The notes under the pieces are model-generated. The model was not told where the DNA came from, searched no databases, and saw only the letters and a list, made by a program, of their open reading frames with translations. Position numbers and translations under genes: made by a program. Positions 1-13,900 of a DNA stretch of 64,000 bases are shown piece after piece; position 1 is the stretch's first letter, and each line of letters opens with the position of its first letter. The DNA is from Ruditapes philippinarum (taxonomy: Eukaryota): NCBI RefSeq assembly GCF_026571515.1, contig NW_026854958.1, positions 62,001 through 126,000 on the forward strand, written 5' to 3'.

Positions 1-666
1 GAGAAGCTTGAGAAAGTAGGATCATATCAGTTATCTTACCGGCCACAATCCGTTGTTGCTGTATCTGAGGATGAAGTAGCGATAACAAGTGGCGGTGCAT
101 TAAAGTTAGACATTCTCCATGTTAACAAATCTAATGACATAACTTTAGATAGAACAATTAAAGTGACATCTAAATATGACTCGATATGTCAAAAAGATGA
201 TAAACATTTTGTCGGCGGGACAGTTGATCATTCAACACCTGTTCGTATTATATCATCTACAGCAGAAGAGAAAGATTTCAATATTAACTTTCCGAATAAG
301 GCATATCCTATATCGACAAGCGCTTGTACTTACACAGGCAGCAGTGATAAAGTGGTGCTTACAGATAAATACGAGCATACTGTGTACATATATGACGTCA
401 AGACAAACACGAGAGTCGTGGTGAAGGATGATCAGATCAAAGAGCCGTATGGTGTAGCAGTTGGTCCCTCTGATACTATCCTGGTTTGTAGTGAAAATAC
501 AAACTCCATTGTACAGATATCACAAACTGGACAGATCTTATCATCGTACAAGTTAGATATGAAATATCCATGTAGAATTTGTGTTTCACGTGGTAAATCA
601 TTTCTTGCAATAACAAACTCATGTAATGGTAAAAGACAACTACAGAAGTTTAAGATATCATATTGA
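1..666 (+). CDS. TRIM-like gene copy 1 (unit A): C-terminal NHL/beta-propeller portion; 5' part lies outside the window
   Basis: Open frame from base 1 (EKLEKVGSYQLSYRPQSVVAV...) to TGA 664-666; closely matches the C-termini of the 576-aa ORFs; AATAAA at 703-708. Confidence 0.9.
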   Translation, partial: EKLEKVGSYQLSYRPQSVVAVSEDEVAITSGGALKLDILHVNKSNDITLDRTIKVTSKYDSICQKDDKHFVGGTVDHSTPVRIISSTAEEKDFNINFPNKAYPISTSACTYTGSSDKVVLTDKYEHTVYIYDVKTNTRVVVKDDQIKEPYGVAVGPSDTILVCSENTNSIVQISQTGQILSSYKLDMKYPCRICVSRGKSFLAITNSCNGKRQLQKFKISY

Positions 667-1194
667 AGACGTTGATTTTTGACATTGTTTTGTTTAACAA
701 TTAATAAAGCACGATAAGTCATCAGTGAAAAATAACAATATCAAAAGTTGAGATTTTTTTTAATGTGTGCAACTTTATACTTCAAAACTAAAATGACTGT
801 CTATGTTATAAGAATTAAGAAGAAGAAATCAACGTGTTGTTACTGAAATATACATTATTAATGATCATCAATATTGCATATCAATTCAATAATGTGTATT
901 ATTCTTCTTATTTTTTTATAACATCTTATATTTTGAAATTCTTTTCCGCATTATCAGCAACCATTTTCTAGTTGCTAACATTCCTATATAATGGACAAAG
1001 ATTACATTTATCTCATCTTAAATACCATGAAATCAGATTTAATTACATACTAGATTTAAGACGTATCAGTACAACATACCTGAATTTGACAAAATATAAT
1101 GAACTTTTATATGCTAAATGAATATTTCCTTCAACATAGCATTCTGTTTTAAAATCAATATTGTATATCTTTGTAGAGTGTATAATGTATTTTA

Positions 1195-1645
1195 AATTAT
1201 GAACTATTTATTGCAAATGTAATGTATCTTTTGTATTATAAATGATGAACTTTGTATTACAAATGTAATGTATCTTTTGTATCATAAATGATGAACTTTG
1301 TATTACAAATGTAATGCATGTTTTGTATTATAAATGATGAACATTTCATTACAAATGTAATGTATCTTTTGTATTATAATTTATGAAGTTTGTATTACAA
1401 ATGTAATGTATCTTTTCTATTATAAATGATGAACTTTGTATTACAATTGTAATGCATCATTTTAATCATAAATGATGAACTTTGTATTACAAATGTAATG
1501 TATCTTTTGTATCATAAAAGATGAACTTTGTATTAAAAATGTAATGTATCTTTTGTATTATAAATGATGAACTTTGTTTTAAAAATATTATGTATCTTTT
1601 GTATTATAAATAATGAACTTTGTATAACAAATGTAATGTATCTCA
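1195..1645. repeat. 46-bp minisatellite (TATAAATGATGAACTTTGTATTACAAATGTAATGTATCTTTTGTAT), ~10 copies
   Basis: Tandem unit read directly; same array follows TRIM copies 3, 4 and 5. Confidence 0.92.
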
Positions 1646-1967
1646 ATGTTTGTATAAGTCAAAATAAAATTACTATAATGTTTGTTTTCCTTGTTTATCA
1701 TTTGATATGAAAGAAAACTTTAAATTTTAACCTCATTTAAATATTATATATTTAGATTACATTATATAAAATTTATTACCGAATTAAAAATATCCCCGTT
1801 TTGAATGAAATTCCCTTTCCTTGTTTTTCTGGGGTGCAGGTCTTTTCGTTGTGAAATTGATTTATTACTTTTACTTTTTTCTGTCGTCCTTTTTTTTACA
1901 TTTTAACCTCACCTCTGACATGTACAAAAGTTGTCAGCTCCTTGCGAAAGTACGAAAGACCGGTGGG

Positions 1968-2347
1968 GGCATTTCAAAATTATGATTTCCCGATTTTATC
2001 TTCATGAATTCCCGATTTCTACTTCACGAATTAACGATTTCAACTTCACGAATTCACGATTTCAACTTCATGATTTCACGATTTCAAATTCACGAATTCA
2101 CGATTTTAACTTATGAATTCACGATTGCAACTTCTCAATGTCAAGTTCGTGAAATCACGATTTTAAGTTCATGAATTAACGATTTCAACTTCAGGAATTC
2201 ACAATTTCAATTCATGAAGTTCTAATCTTGAATTCTTGAAGTTGAAGTAGTAATTTCACGAAGTTGAATTTGAGAAGTTGAAATTGAAGGTGAATTCTAG
2301 AAGTTGAAATCGTGTATTAATGAAGATGAAATCGTGAAAGTTAAATC
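1968..2347. repeat. Foldback-like element: ~22-bp tandem repeats (CACGATTTCAACTTCATGAATT) followed by their reverse complement
   Basis: Direct repeats 1980-2215 then GAAGTTGAAATCGTG-type inverted copies 2230-2345; homologues at 43077-43281 and 54270-54656. Confidence 0.7.
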
Positions 2348-2525
2348 AAAACTCACCCAGTCTGTTCAAGTCGTGACTGTAGTGGTCCCTGTTGTCTGCA
2401 GAACTTTGGCCTCTACTTACCGTCCATTTACAGATTTCCCGTATATATAATACAACACGATTAAAGTATTTGATACCAGCATAGCAGGACTTTTTGGTTA
2501 TATTTAAAACTTATACAAAACTCAC

Positions 2526-2688
2526 CCAGTCTGTTCAAGCCGTGACTGTAGTGACCCCTGTAATCTTCAGATACCAGAAGATCAGCCAGTGATGATCCAT
2601 GTTTTTCTGAGATCCCAATTGCTTTCATACAACTTACGACAAATGCGTGAAACTCGTGCAGGGAAACAATTGATCCTTCTGACATCAT
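2526..2688 (-). CDS. Ldh_2-family oxidoreductase, unit A, first coding exon (rest of gene is left of the window)
   Basis: MMSEGSIVSLHEF...SEDYRGHYSHGLNRL; acceptor ttcacag at ~2700, phase-1 donor GTGAGT at 2525; 163 nt, same as unit B. Confidence 0.8.
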
Positions 2689-4973
2689 TGTGATATAACC
2701 TGTGAAATGAAACAAGTTTTATTAGAATAGAAATTAAGCACAATGTTGGCTATCCGTTTCATTTGTCCACTTTTATTTTATTTCAAATCTTTCTAAGTCC
2801 TACTTTACTTGTCTTTATATTTTAAAACTCGATATGCTTTTTTGTGTTAATGTAAATTATTAAACAAAATCTTGCTTCCAAGTAATGATAGGCAAATTCA
2901 ATATTAGGTAACATGAACATACATGTACATTGTAACACGTGCAAAATCGACATATTTTATGTCAGAAATATCGAATTTGGCTCGATAAAAATTGGATGAC
3001 AGGAATGAATTGCATAAACAATCATAGGTATTGTTGAAACTCATTGTTTTACAACTCATGTTTTAAGTAATTGGACCCAATCCTTGTTTGTACGTGACTG
3101 CTGGGGAAAAATAATGTTATGCTTAATTAAAGAGGTGACACTTTCTATATTTTTATCTGATATCGAGTTGTAAGAGCCGATTTGCAGTTATATGGGTAAG
3201 AGTTCGATAAAACTCCCTACGGTCGTCTTAATACAAACTCTTACCCATACTTAAAGAATCTGTTAGATTAGCATAAATCTAAACTATTTCATATATTTCA
3301 TAAGTAAAAATAATTATAACATACTCACCAGATTATATGGCACCTGTATTCACATGAACCGTGTAAATATAATTTAAAACTAAAATGACCCTCTTATCAG
3401 TATATCTATGTGAAAATTATATTGTTTGACACGTTTTCACTCTGAACATCGGCGGTATTTCATCTGCATCGCTTCATATCATGTATAATAATTATGATTG
3501 TGTAGAATTAATATGCTTACAACTTTGTAGATAAAATCATTCAACTCTAAAAGTGCGTTTGGCATTTTTCGCCACTTTGTTAAAAAATAAACGTTTAACA
3601 AGTAAAAATCAAACAAAATAAAAATGGAAAATCCAGAATTTTTAAAAATAAACTGTGAAGATTACATAGGAAGCAGAAGAATTCAACTGGACAGCGAAAA
3701 AATATGAGCATAATGTCACTGCAAAGCTGCGTCCCCACCTGTATTCACTTTGAAAATTGAAAGAAGCGAGAATATTAATTTAAAAGAAGTCTTTAATTTC
3801 AAGACCTACCTTGCTTCCATCGCATTTACACCATTGTACCATCTTGCATCGCCGGTACGGACGAAATAAAACAATCACGATTGTCCAAACGGAACATCGT
3901 ACAAAACACTTTCGTTATTTTTACGAAATATTCATTAAATTACAAAAATAGGATGTATTGATCAGGGGAAGTAATTGCTTCGGGGTGTTTACAAAACGCC
4001 TAGCTTAAGTCACTTCTTCTAGTCAGTTTAGAAGTTATGAATGTGTCAATATTACATGGGTTTTTTAACGGAACGCGCGCTCACTTTGACAAGATGAAAC
4101 GCAGTGTTTTATAGCAAATAAGTGTACAAGCAATCCATGGTATATCAGAAACGTTTTTTTATCAGAACAATTGAGTATGTAGTTATTTCTTATAACCGGT
4201 GTCACACTCGTTCATCAAAACAAGCGATTTCTGCAAATCTTCTGTTCCCTTTCTCACGGTTGTTTAGCAATACCGTGGTTTTTATGGTTAAAATATTATA
4301 GATTTACATTTTTCTTATCGCACTAATGCATTGCTGATTTGAATTACAATGATAAAGTTCGGGCGAAATGGATACGGTTCACCCCTTTTTCAAATGTATT
4401 AATTATATGAAATATTTTGTTTCAATGTGTATCTAATAATTTCTTTTCTTACTTGTTCGTGGAAGTTACCTTTACGCAAATATTAGACTATTTTTTATTC
4501 CGTATATTGTTGTTTCTGATATTGTTATGTATGTATGACTAGATGAAAGACACCTTTTTATTCGAGTCCATTATTATGAATGAGTAAGATTTCTTTCAAA
4601 CGTTCAATGTAGTAATTTGAAATTTGAATCTACTGGCATTTCCGGAAAGTGTAGGGTTGCTATAGAGAAATACATGGAGACTATCAAGTTTTGTAGTTGT
4701 GTACAACGGACAACAAAGAAGAAGTAAATTGTGGGTTTAATTTGACCACAATGATATAAATGGATAGGAGAAAAATACATATACTTAATAACACAAATAG
4801 TGTGCTTAAGAAAGCTGCAATTAGTTCGATCACGGATTTTTATAACAAATATGTTATATAAATCATATGCATGTGTAAATTATCAGAATTATATGCCTTT
4901 AGCAAAAACACAAAGTAAAAATGTTTTGACAGTGTGTCAATTTGACAGTGATCACAAAATTGCGTCCAGCCTT

Positions 4974-7900
4974 CTACAACGTTTTAATTGGTTCAATTTG
5001 TAATGACGCAGCTATATCATTCTGAAATAAAATAAAAATATTCTATTTAACATCGAGTGTATATATTGTATGTCGAGTTAATTTTAATATTTATTTGTAC
5101 ATCCATTATTCTGTATAAATTATTCCATTACCAAAGGTTCTAAAGATCGAGAGGTATGGTTGTTATATCCTTTTAGGTTCATTAAATATGTAGACGGTCA
5201 AGGACAAAAGCACAATTTCGAAAAAGTAAAATCGTATAAAGAAAGGTTCATAATTTGTGCATTACTATGCACGATACCTAGAAACCTTTAAAGCTGCACG
5301 CCAAGATGAGCTAAAATATTTCAAGAAATTCTTTAGAAAAATGTATTTAGATCTTTAAAGAAGTTAAAATATTCAATATTTAATTAATCATTTACATATT
5401 ATATGCGATTAATTACTGTATTTTTCAGTATAAATCACTATAATTCTACTGCGTAACTAATGCAGTGAGAGGTATTTATGTATAATTTGACCTCTTTTTT
5501 GTTATTAACGTAGATTGTAAGTGCCGTTTGCAATGTGTAAATTACTTTCTTTGTTCACCTCACAATATTTTACTTTTAAAAACATTTTCGAAATTTTCAT
5601 GAAAATAAGCATGAATCTGGAGGCATGCTGCTTTAAAAGTGTTTGTTAATGCTAGAATATGCATGTTGTTTTGAAATGTTGGCAGACGACAATATCGGGG
5701 CGTGAGTGCCGCAGAACGTATTGCTTCGCATGCACATGTGTACTAAATTTTCATTCAATGAAAGTATATCTGTTTACAAAATGATAGTTTCTTTGAAAAT
5801 CAGCCGGATTTCTGCTGTACTATCTAAAAAATATAATTAAAAAATCAGCACTTAAATCGGTATATTATATACAAAAGTCAACGTTGTTTTGGATAAACTC
5901 TCGGAAGTCAAAACTACTTGTTAATTAATTAATTAAGAAAAATAACAAGCTTAAATGACAAATGAGATCAAATCATCGATATATATATTTACAGGGTAGA
6001 CTTTAAAAAACTTACGGCATTTTTAATTTGGTTTGGATGGTACCAGATTCCACCTTGATTGTCACATTTTTCCATGTGTACTCTCTCCGGATCACCGGCT
6101 ACCCACACTTCAGGTTGACCATCTGCCTATTTGAAATATGTTTTTATTGATAATATTCGACTAACATATTAATTTTGACCAGTTATATATTATCTATATT
6201 GACTAATATCAAATGTTAAATTGCTGCAACGAGATTTGTTTACTATTAATTGCGCAAGAAATGAATACATACTGATTTACAGTTATATGAACTAAACTGC
6301 TTATATGCAAAGTTTTACGCTTACAAAATGGAACCATGCTTGATGAACGGGCATTCCCTCTAATTCAATCTATCAGCACCTAAAATAGTTTAACACGATG
6401 TTATTAATCCATTCACTGTTTAGGATTTTTCTAAACCACTCAGTAGCTCATTCATAAGTCAACGGACTGAAAGACAGACATGGATAGCAAAATCCCAAGT
6501 ATATTACATCCAACGAAGGGTAATAAATGTTTTCGACATCCAATGTATAGACTTACTGGTTCAAGATTCCTACAATGTTGCATGAGATCACTTAGTCTGT
6601 CTGCAAACCCAGGCGCAAACGCTTCCGGGTCTACTGCAACAAAGCACTGGCCCTGAAACGAGAGTATGATTTTTGTATCAACACAGCTATAGAAGACAGT
6701 TTGTGATTTGATGAGTCAAAAAGGGTCCGTACTCTCAGTGTCTGAAAGGCTGGACCGGCCCTCATTAAGCATAGAATACATACACAGTAATGTCAAAACC
6801 GAAATAACGCTGGCTTATTTCAATGGAATGCTGATTTCGATGGAATAACTAAGAATTTGACAATGGAAGGCTATTTAATGCAGGTTGAAATTCGTAGTAC
6901 ATTTGTTTCACTTTTATAATTACATGTATCTTTAAAATAAAATACCGGTATAACAAAAAAGCCAAAGTTAATGAATACTATTATTTTAACTTGATTCGAG
7001 CGATGTTTACAGTTGAAATTTGCTACATGCTGTCACTTTAGAATAATCGGATATTAAGTAATGCTTACTATTTATTTTATAATTTCAATTACTTTCTTTA
7101 AGACCTAAATAACGCAGAGATCGGATAAGGTTTGTGTACCAAGTTTGTTTGTCTATGAGATTCCTTCCATTTCCGGACATGGTGAGCGTAATTGGCACCA
7201 CTGAGTATTCCACAGAAAATATCTACCATCATTGACAATCCATAGCCCTTGTACCCGGCTTAAAACAAATTACAAACACATTATTCTTTGCACTGACTTA
7301 GTTGATAAAGAATTCAAAAACGGAGAAATAAAGATTAATTCATAAATTTGATAAATGACATATCATTCATATTGCAAGTCCATCATAGTGAAAGAAGCTT
7401 CAACGGATACAACCTAATTGTCCATAGTACGGAATATTTATCGTAGGTTTAGATAATTTTAGTATGGTCGGAAAATATAAACCGGGGGGTTAAAACCCCA
7501 CCCATGCCGGGAAATTCCAAACTTTTAATAATCTCGGGAAAGGATTATTTAGAAAAAAAACGAAAAAAAATTTCTAAACAAAAAAAATATCAAAATTTTC
7601 AATTTAAAAAATTTTTTAAAGAATTTTTCAAAATTTAATAATTAAAACCCCCGGAAAAAAAATACTCAAATTTGGGAACCCCGTGGAAAATTTTCCCCTT
7701 TGTTCTTTTTGAGAAGGGGCCCAAAAATTTTTTAACAATCGATTATATTGTTTTTATGTTAAATTCAAACTAAAACGCACTTTTAACGCCTTCAAATAAA
7801 GAAGAAATTATGGAGGGAGCATTCATTAATAAATTTAAAACGTGGGGGAAAATGGGGTTTAATCGAAAAATTGGGAAAAGGAGGAAAAAATTAAAGGGAC

Positions 7901-10900
7901 AAAAAGAGAAAAACGGAAAATTTTTGAGAGTAAGAAAACAAATAATAAAATTGAAAATTTTAGCATTTATATAAAAATGATAAACAAACATTTTTCCCTT
8001 AGATTGGGGGCCTTTGACCCAAGAGGACTTAAACTTTGCTTGTTTGGGATCAGTAGTTTTTGTTTAAAAGCCTTTAAATTCCAACCCGCCGACCAGCCGA
8101 AAAAAATGGGTTTGGCCCAGAAAGGGGGCGCCCCTTTATCTAAAAATTTTAAAGGTTGGAATTTTGAAAATTTTTTGGGAAAAGGTTTTCTCATTTTTTT
8201 TTCAAATTAAATATTTTTAAAACCTCATAGGATTTGGCCCTTTCATAGTATTTTTAAATTTTTGTGGGTGAGGATTTCAAAACTATATTAAAAAATACAT
8301 TTTGTGTTTTAAATTTATAAAAGGGATCACGTGGGTTGCCAAAAAAAAAATTAGAAAAGGGAAAAGGGTTTGGTTTAAAAAGTTTGTCTATACATTGTCA
8401 TTTAATGCAAAAAATTTGGGGTAACAATTTTAAAAACGGCTGGAACAATTTTGAACAAAAAATCATAAAATTTGGTTTTATGATTTTTTTTTGTGATTTG
8501 TTTTTCCTGACTTTTAAAAAGTCCTTTAGCTTTAAAGGGTTATAAATAAAATGTTACTATAAAATTTTTTTTTTTCCCCAATTTTTTTTTTCCGGGAAAA
8601 AAAAAGAAAAAAAACCCCAAAATTAAAAACCCTAAAAAAAATTTAACCTTTTCCCTAAACGCCAAATGCCAAAAAAGGTTAAGCCATATCTTTTTACGAA
8701 ACTGTTTGCCCTCTTGGGCTGGTGCCGGCAACAATATTGGTTGGTACCCCAGCAATTTTTCCCGTTTGGGGTCTTGTGGGAAAACCAAAAAAAGGGAGTA
8801 TTTATAAATACCAAAACCCTACATGATAGAAATAATATCCTTTTAGATTAACAGTGATAAAAAATGCTAATGATTCAGACTGGTAATATCTGTGGTGATC
8901 TATTGCGCAGAAAAAAAGTTATATGAAAATATAAGAGCAAGAGTATGACCTATTTTAGAAGAGTATTTGAAATAACTTATTAGTAATATCTAAAAAGAAA
9001 AAAAAACATACATTACCAAATATACATTGAGTGGTTTATATCATTTATTTATTTGAATATATCAGTATTAAAGTTGGAATATACTGGAATCCAAGATACA
9101 AATGATTTAATAGTTTGATTGTTTTTGTTTAATTCTGATAGAAATAATGTTAAAAGAATCTTCATTCAGGACATATGCATTTATTTCAATGCTTCGAACT
9201 TAACTTACAATCATTCCGTGCTTTAATGCATGCAGACCATACCAGCCGGCGATTCCAAAATGATTTGAACCTATTCAAAATAAGTTACATTATGCTTTTC
9301 ATTTTCTCAGTATTAGCTTATATTGGTGTTTCTGTTTTATTCATTATTTCATTTAAAAAAAGCATCAAATAAATGAAAAAGTACAAGTTTATAATTATTT
9401 TTGATATCAATGATAATATATGTATTATTGTATTCAAGGATAAATGGAAAGAAGCATTGCCACGAATTTGTCTACATAAAATATTGAAACATATATAAAT
9501 TGATCTAATTATCCAAGAGGACATAACAAGTACAAAGTCTGCTGCCAAACAAAATTTGTCACTTCATATCAAAGATGAAGATGAACTAACATTGAATGTT
9601 CTATTTTTGTATTCAAACATTTAAATTTCTATCATTACAATAAACTCTGAAGTTTACAATACAATACTATATGAAATTAAGGAAATTTTTTAAGAGGAAG
9701 ATATTTATTCTTAATTTACATTATCCATTCATTGTTATTGGTTTCAAGTCACGTGCGTAAGGATATACCTCGTGCCGACACCCAGCCAATGCCAGCGTCT
9801 TTTGCTTTCTTTATGGCAAGGTCCATGCAGAACCGGCCAATCACAGGTCCTGTAACAAATTTGAAAAATATGTTAATCTCGAAAACTTGCAATTTATAGT
9901 GTACGACATGGCTGTATGGAATATACATGTATGTAATGAAAATTTAGAGTACGCTTTTTTTCTGCTTAACGGTTCCCTTAAAAAAAGTCTACGTCTCATG
10001 ATAACTACGCGTAATAGTATATTTCAGAACACAATATGGTAAAAAAAATCTGCCACGTATACATATGAAAATAGCATACATAAACATACATGTAATTCAT
10101 AATTATGCTACAAATAAAAAAACGTTCAATGTATGATAAAAAAACATTTGATATTTACCTAGGATATTATTGCCTTCTACCAGCGCTGTTGCTATGGTTT
10201 CCTTGACAATTTCTGGGTTTCCTGTTGCCACGGTTGTCTTCGTTTTCACGTCAGTTATATACATGTCTAAAATGAATAAATTAATGAATGAATGAGTGAG
10301 TGAGTAAATGTGTCAATGAATGAATGAATGAATAAACGAATGAATGAATGAGTCGGATGGTCTTTATGACCAAAACAGAATGTAATGTTTCTACGAATCT
10401 AAGTTACTTGTACATATTTGATGCCAAATAACAAATTCAAGGCAAACATTTGGTGCCAAATAACAAGTTTCTAGATCTATAAATTAATTATCATTGAATA
10501 TCGTTACAGAGAACACCTTTAAATAAGTGTACATTTCAATGTTGTTAATTTCGTAATGTTATATGAAAAACCAACCTTTATTATATACACTTTAAATATA
10601 TTGATTATTCTTATCTTTTAAACTAGACATATACTATTCTATCCTGGCCTGGCACAAAACAGCATTTCATAGCACGTACTTCTATCTTGATAATTTCTAG
10701 AATTTCTCTAACAGAAATTGACCGTAAATTTTTTTTCCGTCACAATCTTAGTTTCAATGTTCCCTAGCGCTTTATAGTGATAGGAATTTACAAGAAACGC
10801 GGATTGATAAAAATTTCTTGGCCCGATGAATTTCAGGTAGTCAGAGAACCCAATTAATGGTTACGATCCTGTAGATAAAATCAGGTTCATCCTCGTAGCG

Positions 10901-13900
10901 GGACAAAAGATATCTTGAAATGTCAAGCCTGGTTCGTTTCTGGTCGTCACTCAACTGTCTTGGGACCCGTCTAGCGTAAACCTTTGACATGCCATAGACA
11001 TCAGTCAGAATTGCCTGAACTGAACCAAAGCTTATACCCACTTCCCTAGCAATACTTCGCAGGTCTCGCCGTCTGTCCCACATGACCAGACCGTACACAG
11101 CTTCAGCAGTTTCATCGTTGGTTGCCTCTTTTAAATGCCCAGGCTGCTCATTATCTCCAATGCTCTCCCTGCCCCTCTTTAATTCAGCTACCCATTTTGT
11201 ACAGTGCTATAGGAAGGGAACTCCTTCCCAAGTGTATCCATGAAGTCTTTATTGATTTCCCTGGGGGACATCCCTTTGGTCTAAATGACACACCCCTCTA
11301 CTGATGAAAGTGTGTTTTATGTTACTTAATCTGTGTATAACCGCGTGTAACTCGGTCACTTATCTTCAATAAGATATCGGTATCGACGTATCGCGTGAAA
11401 CTGTCAGTGTAGTGGCTAGAAGTTTATCGGGCACAGAACTTTTTGATCATACCTCGTAGACTGATCCGTAGTGTCAAAATCTAGTCTTGGACATAAAATT
11501 AATTAAATAAATCCAAATCAAATAGTTATGCATTTATCAAGTAAAAATTTATTCAAACAACAATAATCATAAGCAAAGAAGCTCTATCCTTCCATATTGT
11601 CATGTACAACTACTACTAATCATAGTATTTGTTTTTAAAGGCATATTCGGTATATATTGTGACATATTAATTATGTCCAAGGCTTGCGTAATTAGAAGAA
11701 TCTTACATTCGGCACAGTCTTGAATTTTATCATTTAATTAAAATCGTTAAATAAATTCAACATGTAAGATCATCTATATATCTTAATATAGATAATGATT
11801 GCATATATCCAATAATCATTGTCACACAACCAACAGATACAGTATGAATCTATCTGTGGCATTCTTCCTAGTTGATATTTGTGTTATCTCGTAATTCATA
11901 CTAAAAAGTGACAAACGATAGTACCAGTGGTAACCAGTTACAATATATTACGCAGAGGTATATAGACATTGCATTTGATTGGAATAAATTTATAATAAAA
12001 TGGCTCTAAACAACGCGGGAAATGGTGAAGTGTCCGGGCGAGTTAAGGAAATTCTGTGTTAACCATGTTTGAATGACGATAAACAAACACCAGCGGAAAG
12101 TTTTGTCCAACTTGTAATGAATTTCAGTGTTTGGATTGTTCCAACGTTCACAATACTCACGTCTTCTTAAAAAGTCACAAGTTAGTGAACGCGAATGAGG
12201 CGAAAATAAAACAAGGGTCGTTTTATATGAAAGGATTAGACAAATGTGATCAACATCAGAAAGTTTTAGAATTTTTCTGCGAAGATGATAATCAGCTCTG
12301 CTGCAGTACATGTGCCATTCTTAATCATCGTAAATGCCACAGTATTGTGGAAATTCTGAAGGTCGCTGAAAGGTCAACGAATAGAAGTTCAACTTTAAAG
12401 GTTAAAATGGAGGAAGTGAGAAAGAAGGCTAACATAATCGTGGACAGCATTGTCTCATCAAAAGAGAAACTAGATGAAGATGCTAAAGAAATACCAGTCA
12501 AAATACGTCGAAAGCGGGATGAAGTAATGAAAATGTTTGACGAGTTGGAAGTTTCCGTTCTTAAAGACTTTCAATCGTTTCGGAATGAGACATTAGACAA
12601 GCTGACAATAAACCAGTCTCGGAACGAAACATATCTAGCTGATATAACAGCATGTCTTGAAACGATTGACGAAGTGCATCAGAACGGATCTCTGGTACAA
12701 CAATTTATAGTAGAGCAGAAGATGCAGAATGACGTCAATGTTCTTCACACAAATGTCGATGCAGAATGTCATGTTTTAGAGACCGTGACTGTAAGCTTTG
12801 ATTTTGATGAAACATTAAAACCTTCTCCTCTGTCAGTCTTTGATTATGTACCAGGACAACTGACTCTAAATGTCTGTCTGTCAGAAGTAGCCAGGAATAT
12901 AGTTCCTTTTAACAAAGCAATGGTACTTACACCAGTAAAGTCCATTGATTTAAAGCAGGAAGAGGATGATATAAATGAGCCATTGTATTCAGGGATTGAT
13001 TTTTTCCCTAATGGAAGACTTGTTGCTGTTGATAATAGAAATAAACAGGTTTTAGTCTACAATGAGAAACTTGAGAAAGTAGGATCATATCAGTTATTTT
13101 ACATGCCATAGTCCGGTGTTGCTGTATCTGAGGATAAAGTAGCGATAACAAGTGCTATATAGTGCTTTAAAGTTAGACATTCGCGATGTTAAAAAATCTA
13201 ATGACATAACTATAGATAGAACAATTACAGTGACAACACAGTATGACTCGATATGTCAAAAAGATGAAAAGCATTTTGTCAGCGGGATAATTAATCATTC
13301 AAGACATGTTCGTATTATATCATCTACAGGAGAAGAGATAGATTTCAATATAAGCTTTCCGACTAAGTCATATCCTATAGATACAAGCGCTTGTAATTAC
13401 ATAAGGAGCAGTGATAAAGTGGTGCTTACAGATAGCTACGAGCATACTGTCTACATATAAGGTGACTTATAGGTGCAATGGTCCGTGTGTTTTTGTATGT
13501 ATTCTTGAAATGTATGTGAAATGATAAATGCACAATGTCACTATAATAAACAATTTACTTACTTNNNNNNNNNNNNNNNNNNNNNNNNNNNNNNNNNNNN
13601 NNNNNNNNNNNNNNNNNNNNNNNNNNNNNNNNNNNNNNNNNNNNNNNNNNNNNNNNNNNNNNNNNNNNNNNNNNNNNNNNNNNNNNNNNNNNNNNNNNNN
13701 NNNNNNNNCGTCAAGATAAATGAAAGAGTCGTTGTGAAGGATGATCAGCTAAACATGCTGAGGGAGCCGTATGGTGTAGCAGTTGGTCCCCTGTGATACT
13801 TTCCTGGTTTGTAGTTTGAGAACAAACTCCATTTTACAGATATCACAAACTGGACAGATCTTATCATCGTACAAGATAGATGTGGAATATCCAAGCACAA

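Noticed and set aside
7770-8851. Lys/Phe/Gly-rich short ORFs
   Set aside because: They arise from homopolymer-inflated sequence and are not credible proteins.
12006-12311. Minus-strand ORFs overlapping TRIM genes (also 432-722, 26380-26797, 27413-27595, 41695-41919 and 52020-52202)
   Set aside because: Antisense shadows with boundaries that differ between paralogs.
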